Shown here piece by piece: positions 24,901 through 37,667 of a stretch of 64,000 nt of DNA. The notes below the pieces were generated by a model. The model saw nothing but the letters and a program-made list of their open reading frames with translations. It did no database searches and had not been told where the DNA came from. The stretch covers positions 41,696,001-41,760,000 of the forward strand of contig CP068257.2 of the NCBI GenBank assembly GCA_009914755.4, read 5' to 3'. The DNA comes from the human T2T-CHM13v2.0 reference genome, Homo sapiens. The position numbers and the translations under genes were made by a program. Within the stretch, counting starts at the first letter, position 1. Each line of letters starts with the position of its first letter.

Positions 24901-27900
24901 GCTGGCCCTGGGTCTGACCTGTCCTTGGGGTGAGCAGGCTACTGCACTGTGGGAGTGGGGGGGCCCCTAGGCAATTGGCCAAGAGGTAACTGATGCAGAG
25001 AGAGGAATGCTGAGGCCACGGCCATTCTGGGCCTTCATGGCCATAGCTCGTGAGCACCCATGGGTGCCAGCACTGAGGCCAGCTGGGCTCCAGCATTGGG
25101 AAGCTCAAGGAAGACCAGTCACGTTTCCCCTGAGTAAGATGCTGCCCTGGGGCTTGTGGGGCCACAGACAGACACCAACCCTGGCGCTCTTAGGGTCAGG
25201 AGGGGTGGCCCAGGGTAGCACAGCGTGGAGAGACCACGCGGAGGTGATGTCCTCACAGACCCCGCCCCACTCCCCCAGGGGCCATCCCACAGAGCCTTGC
25301 CTTTGTTTTTTGTTTTTTCTATTCCTGGCTTTTTTCATTTGCTTTCAGATCAACTGCTTCATTAAAAAACATCCGCCTAAACTGTGGAGACAGAGGAAGG
25401 ATCAGTGCTTGCCAAGGGCTGGGGGAGGAGGAACAGGCAGAGCGCAGAGGGTTTCAGGGCAGTGCCGCTCTGCGTGACGCCATCACGGAGGGTCCAGGTC
25501 ATCACACGTCTCTCCAAACCCCTAGAATGCCCAACACTCACTCTGAAGCCTTCTGTCAATGTGGGATCATCTGTCGTAAAGTCTGCACCGCTGTGGTGGG
25601 GGCGTGGATAGTGGGGGAGGCTGTGCGTGTGTGGGGGCAGGGAGTGTATGGGAAATCTCTGTACCTTCCGCTCAATTTGGCTGCGAACCTAAACTGCTCT
25701 AAAAAAAGTCTATTTTTAAAAAGCATATGCCCGAAAAGTCCTTGAAAATGCATCTTTCCCTAAATATTCAAATTTATGTTCATTAATAAAATAGCACATA
25801 TTTATTCTAATTTTTAAATCTTCACAAATATCAGTGATTGCATGATTTGTTCTCAAAAACACTTTTCCAAACTACATCTAGAAGCCACATTTCTGTGGTC
25901 GGCTCGCCAGTGGTGGGCACGCGTCAGGTCGGATGGGTAGGGCCTGGGGTGACCCTGGCTTTCTGCCCTCTGAGCACGACATGGAGGCTGGACTTGTGCC
26001 TCTGCAGCCCCTCGAAGCACTGCCACCATCCTGCCGAGGGCCCAAAGCCTTGTCTCCACCTGCGCGCCTTGAGTGTCCTCGCTGGGAAATGGGCACAGCA
26101 GGGCAGCGAAGGTGCTGGTGCTGACGTTCCATGACTGTGAGAGCCGGGAGGCACCCCATGCGGAGACCAGGCACAGATCCCCAGATCACTGAAGGGACGA
26201 TCCCCCAACAGGCAGAACCAGGGTACGGCCCGGGGTTCTGACTCCTGGGGATTCAGGGCCCTGGGCCTGGTGCCAGCTGGGCACGTTTCTCAGCCCATCA
26301 GAGGACACAAAGGGCAAATGGAGCAGGTTGAATTGTGTCCCCAAAATGATCTGTCGAAGCCTGCACCCCACAACCATGAATGCAACCTTCTCTGGAAGTG
26401 GAGTCACTGCAGGTGTATTAAGATGTCAGTTAGGATGAGGTCACCCTGGAGAGAGGTGGGCCCTGATTCGGTGCGACTGGTGCCTGGTAAGCGGAGGAAA
26501 GACGCAGAGATGCGCAGAGGGAAGCTGCGTGAAGGCCCAGGAAGGAAGGCCTGAGAAGCTGGAGGCAGAGGCTAGAGCGATGCCTCTGCAAGCCAGAGAT
26601 GCCAAGGGCTGCTGGCAACAGAGAAGCCAGAAGAGGCAAGGAACAGATTCCTCCCTGCAGGGAGCACGGCTCGACACGCCGCACCTTGATCGCAGGCGTC
26701 TGGCCTCCAGCCGGAGCCGGGACACGTTTCTGCTGTTGTAAATGACCCCATTTGTGGCCGTCTGTTGCAGCAGCTGTGGGGAACTGGCACCGATCTCAGG
26801 GCCGGAAGCACAGCTGGGCACGGCTCTCCCCAGCTCTCTCGGTCACTGTCCCCTGTCACAAACCCCGTGCAAAACAGCCTGAGGGGGTTCCTTGCTGCCC
26901 TCCAGGGCTGTGTCTGAGTGCTGAGCCAGCCCCTGGAGGCCAGGGCCTCAGAGCACAGGGGAGCCACAGGAAGGGGTGTCTCCACCCGGAATTGGAGCAG
27001 GAGGGCCAAGGCCTTCCAGGCTGAGGAAGGGAACAGGATCAGGGCCTCCTCCTCTCAAGGTGGCCCCTGCCAGCGGCCCCTGGAGCTGCAAGGCTACAGG
27101 GACCTGGCCCCAGGTGGGGCTCCTGTCACCCCCCTGCACGGAACTCACTCTCACCCCCAGCCTTTCCTACCCCTCACACCACCACCCTGCATCCCACCCC
27201 AAACTGGGTAACCCCCCAGCAATCCCCCAGGGACACAGAGAGGAGTACCTGGGGGATGACTGGGAGGAGTGCTGGGGAGAGGAGTGCTGGAGGATGACTG
27301 GGGGAGGAACAGGGAGAGGAGTGTCTAGGGGATGACTGGGAGGAGAGCCGAGGAGAGGAGTGCATGGGGGATGACTGGGGGGAGGTTGGCCAGGAGCACC
27401 TCAGTGGCCGCTCAGAAGTGCTCAGCTTCACTGGTGCTTGAGCACTTCCAGTGTGCCCAGAATGAGGAGCACATTTACGAAGGCAGCAATAGAGATGGTG
27501 GCAGCCTTCATCAGAGAGATGGGGTCCTGCCCAGGCCTCATAAGGAGGTGCGTGCTGGCAGTGACAACGGGGACAAGAGGGGCAGAGATGAGACACTGGG
27601 ATGCAAGGATTGCATTTGAGCCCGATGAAGAAGGAACTGTTGAGAGTATCCCACAGTTACAGACCCAGAGTGGGGGCATCCCCATGGCTCAGGGAACCCC
27701 AGCTTCAGAGACACACACAGCGTGCAAGCCACATGAGCAGGCCGGGATACCCCTCCACCACGTGAGCCCAGCAGTCACCAGGGCATTTTGGAAACAGCGT
27801 GGTCTTGGTCCCGAGCTGCAGATACACAAGATGTTCCCAGGGGAAAACTGAGTGAAAGGTACATGGAATCTCTAGATTTTTTTTTTTGCAACCTCCTGTG

Positions 27901-27960
27901 AATATGTAATTGTTTTAAAATAAAAAGTTAATCAGACCAGTATGGTCAGTGGTGTGACCA

Positions 27961-28288
27961 TGTGTGTGTATGCATGTGTATGTGTGTGCGTGCATGTGTG
28001 TGTGTCCGTGAGTGCATGTGTGTGATGTGTCTGTGCATGCGTGTGTGCATGTGTGTGCATGCATGTGTGTGATGTGTCTACATGTGTGAGAATGTGTGTG
28101 CATGTGTGTGATATGTGTGCACGTGCGCATGTGTGTGCATTGTGTGATGTCTGCATGTGTGTGCATGTGTGTGATGTGTCTGCATGTGTGTGATGTGTCT
28201 GTGCATGCATGTGTGCATGTGTGTGATGTGTCTGCCTGTGTGTGCATGCATGTGTGTGCGTGTGTGCATGTGTGTGTGCATGTGTGTG
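27961..28288. repeat. Compound (TG)n / (TGCATG)n / (TGTGATG)n imperfect microsatellite, ~330 bp
   Basis: Sequence tgtgtgtgtatgcatgtgtatgtgtgtgcgtgcatgtgtgtgtg... It is the source of the Cys/His/Thr-rich track ORFs 27915..28345. Confidence 0.9.
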
Positions 28289-29520
28289 GGCTGATGGCAG
28301 AATTTCAGGAGCATGGCTAATCTGACCCATTTCAATCAAGTCCATAAAAAAAAAAATGATTCTGGAAAGACACCTCTATGGCAAACCACGAAAAGACTTG
28401 GTGACAGAACCACTCAGCCATGACACCAGGCTCATCCCAAGGACAGTGGTGACCCGTTTCCATTTGTGCCACTTGATGTGGATGGAGGCAGCACAGCGAG
28501 ACAAGGGCTAGACACACACGCATGTGAGGGACGGGATGAGTCATCGGCACACGTCCCTGTTACCGTCACTGTCAGCCCAGAGCTGGAGCCCTGTGAGGCA
28601 AGATGAGGGGCAGATGAGAGCTGAGAGCAGAAGGAAAGAACCGGACGCCCTGGCAGAAAACACAGACCTGGGCGGGAGGGCAGGGGGAGCGCAGGGGAGA
28701 GGCAGGGGCTGCAGGGTCGAGGCGTGGAGGAGGCTGTCAGGAAAGGCTGCTGTACTTTCTTGAATGCAGCCCCGCTGGCCAAGACACAGGAAAAGACAGG
28801 GTTTTATTTTAAAATGCTCTGTGTCAGCTGGAATGGGGGTCTTGGATGAAACCTGCGGGGACTGGACCTCACAGGGCAGCCAGCAGTCGGTGTCACAGCA
28901 GCTCCACAACTGTTGGGATACCAGGTTTTCTTGGTGGGCAAAGTTTACTTTTCGCTCCATCTCTCAGAGCACGAGCCCCTCTGACAGGGCAGACACCGAT
29001 GATCTCAGCACAGCCTTGGCACTGCTTGGCACAGCTGCGTGGGGATCGTGCGTGAAACTGCGACTTGACTTTTTCCAAAGCCCCAGGATTCCCCTTGCGT
29101 GGGAGCCTGGTGCTGTGCCGGTGGTCACCAGCCTCACTGCCCGCCCACTCCCCACCCTGTGGCCTCTCAGTGTCCCCTCCAGCACACAGGACCCGGCTCA
29201 GTTGCTCAGAGAGAGATTTTTCCAGCAAGGCGTTTGCAGGCGGCCTGGCCGTGCTTCTGACCCACCGGCAGGTTTCTGAAGAGCCGCTGCAGGCTCTTTC
29301 TTGCAGGACATGAAGCCATAATTAGTTTTTCCTTCCTTGCCAAATTGGGAGCCTGCGGGTCTGGTAGCACTGAGGAAAATACAGCTCAGCGTATGGCTGA
29401 AGAGTGAGCCCAGGGCACACGTGTGTGCACGTGCGTGAGAAAGAGAGAGGAGACTGAGAGGCAGGGAGCCTCTTCTCTGTGGATCTCACCTGTCTGTCCA
29501 CGCCGCACGCCCCCCGGCAG

Positions 29521-29700
29521 CACCACTTTCAACACCACTTTTCAGAGCTAAAAGAGTCATCTGTTTTGCTTCAGCAAAAGAAACGTCAGCCTAGAAGCTT
29601 TAAGCATATTCCCACAATGGGCTTTAATTATCAGAGAAGGTTGGCAATACGTTTGCATTTTAATTAAGATTAATGAATCATGCATGATTCATCAGGCCGT
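29521..29700. promoter_or_regulatory. AT-rich non-repetitive island containing TAAT cores and a perfect 18-bp palindrome, tgaatcatgcatgattca (29674-29691), made of two inverted TGATNNAT (PBX-HOX-type) half sites. Candidate enhancer.
   Basis: Read directly: gggctttaattatcagagaaggttggcaatacgtttgcattttaattaagattaatgaatcatgcatgattcatcagg. The palindrome was verified base by base. Confidence 0.3.
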
Positions 29701-30289
29701 TCCCCTCCGTTGGCGGAGCAGTGATGAGAAGGCCACCATGTCGCTGAGGGGCCATCTGCAGGGACGGTGTGTCAGATCCGAGAACCCCACTCAGTGGTCC
29801 CTCCCCTGGGGCCCCAGCGGCAATCTGTCCTCATACACGCTGCAGCCACGCCTCAGCCATGTGACCTGGGGGTTTCTGCTTCTCCAGAAAGGGCGTACTG
29901 GGTGCAACTACACACACACTTACCCTGTAGGTGCCAATAAACGCAACGTTAAACAACAAGTCTATGGGTAAGTAAGTTTGAGAAATGCCAGTTTACATGA
30001 AGGTGAGCAGAGTTGTGTGTGTTTCCCTGCAGGACTCCTCAGGCCTTTAATACGCACATGTGCGCTGTGAACCCCCAGATTCATTTGCACACAGAAGCTA
30101 TCCTTCCAGAAATCACCTTTGGGATTAGTACAGTATTCCCTGTAAACCAAAAATAGAATTCTAAGCCCCCCAACTGCCTGAATGGCTCCCCTACTCTTGG
30201 CCAAGGGGATCCCAAAGGAACCTGATAAACGAGTTCAGGCCAGGATGGGAAGAGGTAGGGTTGGACATGCCTCATAATACTCTCCTCCC

Positions 30290-31030
30290 TCTCTGGAGTT
30301 TAGGCACAGCTGACCAGCATTAACATGAAAACAGAGATCATAAGACTGGCAGAAAAGACTCTTTGTAGCAATAAGACACCAAATTCCACCCTGACTCTAG
30401 TATAGCATCACATGACTGATAGCAGGCCTGGAAAAAAATAAAAGTACTTTACCCCAAAATATATTTCTCTGACATATTTTGAAATGGCCCTGCAAAGCTG
30501 TCTCTTAAGGGGGAAATTTGCATTCTGTAGAGAATTCCCTGCCCTTAATAGGTCTTTTACAGAGAGTCTGACACATTTTAAGGTCCCATAAGAGACATTT
30601 GCCATCTAGTCTCTCTGAAGCCTGCTATCTGGAGGCTTCATCTACATAACAAAAACCTTGGCTTCCACGATCCCCTTGTCTTAACTCAAGCATCTCTTTC
30701 TGCTGACCTCAAACTTTTTAGGCAAAGCTCAGCTCTTTCAACCAATTGCCAATCAGGAAATCTTTGAATCCACCTATAACCTGGAAGCCTCTCACTTTCT
30801 GGGTCACACCAATGTATACCTTACATGTATTGATTGATATCTTTGCCTGCAACTTCTGTACCCTAAAATGTATGAAAGCAAAGCTGCACCCCAACCACCT
30901 TGGACACATGTTCTCAGGACCTCTTGAGACTGTGTCACAGGCCATGGCCCTTAACCATAGCAAAATAAGCCTCTACATTGATTGAGACCTGTCTCTGATA
31001 TTTTTTGGGTTACACCTCCAAACCAGGAAT
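30290..31030. mobile_element. Possible ancient interspersed repeat (LTR-like), unclassified
   Basis: An AT-rich non-tandem block with motifs common in ERV LTRs: ccaatcag, aataagcctc, and a tgtaccctaaaatgtatgaaagc TATA-like stretch. I cannot assign a family by eye. Confidence 0.2.
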
Positions 31031-32010
31031 TGGTGATCCAGGAAAACACTCCATTGTGGGGTGATTTGAGTGGGTGACAGAAGCCCAGGCCAGCCCTCCA
31101 GGAATGGATGCACACTGGCACCAGGGATGCTTGCATAGAGATGGGGTTGGGGGTGTCCTTCTGAACACTCCCACAACAACCGGGCGCCAGCTTGCATCTT
31201 TGCTTGACGTGGCCGTCGCCCGGCTGGCCTGTGAGTGCTGCATGGGCCACGCCTGCATGTGGCTTGCTCACCGTGGGATCCCCAACACTTCTGGAGGTGC
31301 CTGGACCACAGTGGGTGTCCCCAGACAGCCGCAGAACACACAAGGGAATGTGCATTCAACCCTCATCTCCTAAGGAGGCTGTGGCCCACCCTGCTTGGGA
31401 TGGCAATGGAGGGGCCAAGTGTATGAATAACCCCCCAAACCATTAAAACATCAGCGTCCCTCAAACAACTTCTTGAGATGGGGTGTGTGAGGCTCACTAC
31501 ACGTAAGAAACATAATGAATAAAACACAAAGGCCATTACAACCCACTTAATAATTCAGGGACTATGAAGATAGCTGGCGTCTATGAATTAGAAAATAAGG
31601 GAATTCTTCTGGGTGTGGAGGTAGGGGAAGAGGTTTCTGCGTATTCATTCCGCCCCCTGCCATGTGGGTATCTATTGCACCGGGCTGGAGGTCTGGGTCT
31701 CAGGGCTTGGGGAGCTGTTCCTGCACCTCTGCCTGTCCCCACCACCAGGCAACAAGGTCAGTGTGGCCCACCAGGGAACCACACCAGGGCCAGCAGCTCC
31801 AGGCCCCATCTCCCTGACCCCCTGGCCAGACCTCGGGAGATGAGAGAGACCCAGGCCTAGCCAGGGCGGGAGGTGGGGAGGGGTTGGGGGATCATTCAGG
31901 GCACAAGGGGAGGAGGAGAGAGCATTCTGGGGAACGGGGTCTGGGGAGGGAACCAGGACAGAGAGGCATGGTGACAGCTGGAGGTGAGTCTGGCAGGGAC
32001 CCCTCAGAGG

Positions 32011-32151
32011 ACAGCAGTGGTGTTTACCCCCACAGTGCGGGCAGCCTGTGGTGAATGACAGCAGTGGGGCTTACACCCACAGTGCGGGCAGCCTGTGGTG
32101 AATGACAGCAGTGGGGCTTACACCCACAGTGCGGGCAGCCTGTGGTGAATG
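32011..32151. repeat. 47-bp tandem repeat x3 (acagcagtggggcttacacccacagtgcgggcagcctgtggtgaatg)
   Basis: Copies at 32011, 32058 and 32105. Copies 2 and 3 are identical, and copy 1 differs at about 5 positions. Confidence 0.95.
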
Positions 32152-35100
32152 AGTGTGTCTGGGCCTCCCCCGGGGGCTTCGGCACCCGCTTCCCTGTTTC
32201 ACCTTGTCTATCTGAGCATCGGTAGGAAGATGGCAATACCTCTGCTGAATTTCATCCTCTGAAAGGCGGAAACCAAACCCTCAGAGCCAGGTGAAGCCAA
32301 AAAGAAGGGACCCCTGACGGCTAGAAAGAGCGGCCCCAGAGCCGCACCGTGGGATGAGCCAATGGCACGTCCCGGTCGCCGGCCGGGTGTGGTGCTGCCC
32401 GGAGCCACAGAGCTGCCAGGGCTTGCACACGTCTCTGGCCATGACGCATGTTTTGGTCAGGACCAGGCCTGGAATTTGGTTCTCACTTTACTGAGAAACC
32501 TGGCAGCTTCTCAGGCCACCGCCCAGGTCACCTGCTCACCAGCAACGTGAACCACAGGAACGGAGGCTGTGCGGGAGGCGGCTCTGCTCTGTGCTGGGCC
32601 CCCCTCCTCCTCACTCACCCTCTTCAGTCAAAGAAAAAACGAAATGGGGCCGCATAAGAGTAATGCAAAAGTCAACGTTTCTGGATTTTCAAGTTTTCCA
32701 GACAGAGCTGGAAACCTGGGTTTCATGTCAACTCTCCCACGTGGTCAAGAGTTGAAGTCCTGGCCTGGCCACTCATCAGCCTGGGACAAGCTCCAGACTT
32801 GCTCCAATTAGGTTTAAGAGCCTTGACAAATGGTGGTGTTTGCTGGGGACGGAAGTGGTTGGGGGAGGAGGGGCTTTCAGTGAAGATCCGAAGTTCCTGT
32901 GAGATGTATCCAAGGACTGATGCCCGTGAGATGCCAGGACCCTGGGGCTCCGTCGTCCTCAGGCCTGGGCCCACAGGGCTCTGCACCAGACCTTGGAGCC
33001 CCTGGCCCAGCACACCCCACTAGCGGGGCCCCTGACCCTGCCCCACCCAGGCTCAGGACCCACTGACCGTCTGCTGGGGCCAGTCCCTCAGCCACATCTT
33101 CCAGCCCGGCCACCTGGCCCCTGCTCGGGCCAAGCGTTCAGACTACAAAGGTGTTTGCTGTTTGTCTGAAATTCAAACTGAGCCGGGCATTTGTGGTGTC
33201 TTCTCTGTCACCCCATGGAGGACCCCACTGGAGTCTCCGTTCTTAGGATCTGTAGGAGGCCATGACCCAGGCAGCCGCGGCTCACCCCGCATACAGGCAA
33301 AAGGAGAAAGCTCCAGCTCCAGCAACCTGAGTTCACCTTGGCCCTCCTGTGCCCAGAGGCAGGGCTCTTACAGTGAAGGGTCTGTGCCTCTTCCCCAGGC
33401 AGGCGTGTGTCTTCCTCGGCTTCCTGTGGTCCCTGTCTTGTGCTGGGGACCCCTCACAGGCCTGCTGGCCCTGGGATCCGGCTCTAGTTCAGAGGAGGCT
33501 GCCAAAAGGCAACTGGGCTGCTCTGAGCACAGGGTGAATCTAGTCAGGGGATGGGGTTGACAGCTGCTGCCTGGGATGGGGTTGACAGTTGCTGCCTGGG
33601 GTCATCTCTCTGGGGGACCCTCCACCACCAGTGTTGCTGAGTGTTTCACTCCTGGTCCCTCCGCTTTTCCCAAGAGGGATGCTCCAGTACTCCAGGGGTT
33701 TAAACTTGGCTCAAATTGCACCAGCTCCCAGGAGGACCACCAGCATGTGCAGAGGTCACCCTCTGGCTCCAATGGGGGCTCTTGTCGCCCCGCCACCCTG
33801 CCCGCACTCTGCGGTCACCTCTTCAGAGTGACCACCCCCTCTGTTGGAGTGGGCAAAGGAGACGTTGTCCTGGGGCAAGGGGTAAAGGAGACTATCTGGC
33901 CTCCTTGCGAAGTGGCCTGCGGCCCCCGCCCACCCAAGCTCCTGAGCAGTGGGTGGTGTGCGAGTCTTGCCCTGGGAGGACCCTGCTCCACCCCAGGCAA
34001 GGACCTAGCACCCCCAGCCAGGACATCCGCCTCACCTTCCCGTCCACAGAGCAGCTTCTCCAACACCATCCGCTCTTCCTGGGCCATCCTCCTGTCTCCC
34101 TCCTTCTGTGCCGATTTCTGCCTTTCGAGGCCCTGTCTGTGATTTTATAGAGTTTGGGAGAGGAGTGGGAGAGGAGCGAGAGAGGAGCAGAGAGGGAACC
34201 GGGCATTTGGGTTTTGCTGGGAGCACATGGCCGGCTCCCTTCTTTCTGCTATGTCCATCTGTTCCCTCATGGGACACACAAGCACCTTCCTGATGCCTGG
34301 GGCAGAGGTGGCTGGAGGTGGCCAGGGTTTCAGCCAGGGTCATGTGCCCATGGTGGCTGGTGAGGAGCGGTGTCTCACAGTGACCCTCCCATGCAGCAAG
34401 GGCCCCACTGTCTATGGTGGCACCTCCACAGCCGTGCATCTGACCCCTGGCCTCAGCACACATCCTGGCCATCCACATGCTCAGGGGTGCTGGGTCTCCC
34501 GCTGTGTCCCCGGGCCTAGAGCTCATGATGCTCGCAATAACGTATGAATGGGAGGAGTGAATTGGAGCCGGGGTCAGCCCAGAAGCCGGGACTGACCACC
34601 TGGAGATCAGGTTATAAAGCCACCACACAGGGATGTCATCTGAGTGTCCACTGACTCCTGGTGAGTGTTCCCACTGCCCCCGAGGCACCCTTTGTGGTCT
34701 CTGTCACAGAGAATCCAGCCTGCTCCGGGGGTGATGAAGCTGAGTTTGGGGAATGCTGTAGCCACTGTGGGCTGTCCTGGGCCTCTGGCTGGGCCCAGCG
34801 TCCTAAGCCCCACCACGCAGGGCACGTGACGTGCATTGGGTTGTGTCTCAGTCTGGTTTGTTTGGCTATAAAGGAATACCTGAGACTGGGCAATTTATAA
34901 GGAAAAGAGGTTTATTGAGCCCGCAGTGCTGCAGGCTGAGAAGTTCAAGGGTGTGGCCCTGACTCCCACTGAGGGCTTCCCAGCTGTGTCACACCACGGT
35001 GGAGAAGCTCAAAAGGGGAGAGGACACCTGCCAAGAGGGGAGATCCCGAGGGCCCAGGCCCCAAGCACCCTCTGTCTTTAGGGTCACCCTTTCAGGCAGG

Positions 35101-36282
35101 GTGGGGACCCCTGGGGAGGGCCGCCCACCGACCGTCCACCTTAGGGCCAGTCTCAGCCCCATGCACGATCCTCAGCATTGATTCGTACTGGTGGCTTGGA
35201 GACTGAGCTTGCGTCTAGTGAAGGGTCCTGTGTAGGCGGCCGACTCCCAGGCCCCACGCCCAGCTGGGGAGATGAGGAATGGAGGCTGCCATGGGTGTCT
35301 TCAGGGACTAGCCTGGCAAACCTGCACACTGTGCCACATGGCGCTCACAGCGCCTGGCACAGGCATCACCGCCTCCCACAGAGGCACTGAGGTCAGCGGG
35401 ATTAGGCTCCATCCAGGTCAGAGGGAGAGGGGGCAGAGGCAGCTGGAACCCCCCGAGCCATGCCTCTCGAGGTCACGAGCTTTCAGCCCCCAACATAGAG
35501 AAGAGAGGCCTCCCCAACTCGTCCCCCATGCCAAAGGCCTCCAGGTGCTGGGAGAGTGACCGGGGGTGAGCCCAGGCCCCTAGACTTCCTCACTATCATG
35601 GTTGGTTGGTGCCGAGCCCTGGGTACCTGGCCCTGGTGCCAGTAAGGGCAGGAAGCCCACGGGCCTTGCCTGGACTCTGAGGAGGGGCCCTCCGCATCAA
35701 CAGCTCCCCAGCCCCACAAGCTTCACTGGCTCCTCCATAACCCACTGTCATCTGCCCACCTCCTGCAGGGATGAGGCACCTGCGGGCCCTTCCCTCCGCT
35801 CTGTCACCCAGTCCCCATCGGAGCCCACCGGCTCAGCCCGCCTGCCTCCTCTGAGCTCTGCAGGCAGATCTGCCCTGCCCCCTACTCCACCTGCATGCTC
35901 CCAGGGCCTCCTTGGGAAAGCCCCACCTCGCAGCTCCCTGTGCACCTCCTGTATGGTAGGATTGTTGGGGTTCTTGTCCCTCCCTTTCCCTGAGGGTAGG
36001 GAATGTGTTTACATCATTCCGAGACTCCTGTCCCAGCAGGAGGTCAGGGACACACCCCAGGCCCCTGCAGGTGCTGCGAGCGAATACAGGAGGGGCTCAG
36101 GTCAGCAGGCTCCGCACAGCAACCAACCCAGGATCACGGGAAGGGTGTCCATGGACCCCTTGCCTCAGTTTCCATGTGCATAAGAGACTGAGGTAGCCAA
36201 TGAACGCTCAGGGCCCCTTCTAAGTCCCGCCAGTGGCAACAGGGTGATGGGTGTTATTCAAGTCATCATCTCCACTATGTAA

Positions 36283-36830
<548 letters not shown>

Positions 36831-37101
36831 TGAGAGGGCCCTTTCTTAGGATCACCGCTGCCAGAGGACACAGCCATGGCAGCCATCAGGCCTGCTGCAA
36901 ACAGAGCTGGCACTGAAGGTTTTCAAGCCCTCCCATGACAGAGTGCACAGTGGTCGAGGGTTCAGGTCACCCCCACCAACCTTGGGGCCAGAGGGGATGG
37001 CCTGACAGCCACCCCCAGACCTGGCCGCAGGATTCTGGCAGCAGCCTCTCCTCAGTGAAACCAGCAGACGAGCCAAGGGCCGTCCCAGTCACCAGCAGTT
37101 T

Positions 37102-37667
37102 TGGGTCCCATGCACACTTGGGTCCCTTGTGCACCTGTTGGGGAGGGGCATGCACAACTGAGTCCCATGCATACCTGGGTTCCATGCACACCTAAGTCCC
37201 ATGCACATCTGAGTCCCATGCACACCTGGGTCCCATGCACACCGGGGTTCCATGCACACCTAAGTCCCATGCACACCTGGGTCCCATGCACACATGCACA
37301 CCTGGGTCCCATGCACACCTGGGTTCCATGCACACCTAAGTCCCATGCATACCTGGGTCCCATGCATACCTGGGTTCCATGCACACCTAAGTCCCATGCA
37401 CAACTGGGTCCCATGCACACCTGGGTCCCATGCATACCTGGGTTCCATGCACACATGCACACCTGGGTCCCAAGCACACATGCACACCTGGGTCCCATGC
37501 ACACCTGGGTTCCATGCACACATACACACCTGGATCCTATGGACACCTGGGTCCCAGGTGCACCTAAGTCCCATGCACACCTGGGTCCCAGGCACACCTG
37601 AGTCCCATGCACACATGCACACCTGGGTTCCAGGCACACATGCACACCTGGGTCCCAGGCACACCTG
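37102..37667. repeat. 18-bp minisatellite, ~31 copies (tgggtcccatgcacacc and variants)
   Basis: Regular 18-bp periodicity over ~565 bp. Variants are tgagtcccatgcacacc, taagtcccatgcacacc and tgggttccatgcacacc. It is the source of the track ORFs 37052..37717(-), 37101..37601(+) and others. Confidence 0.95.
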
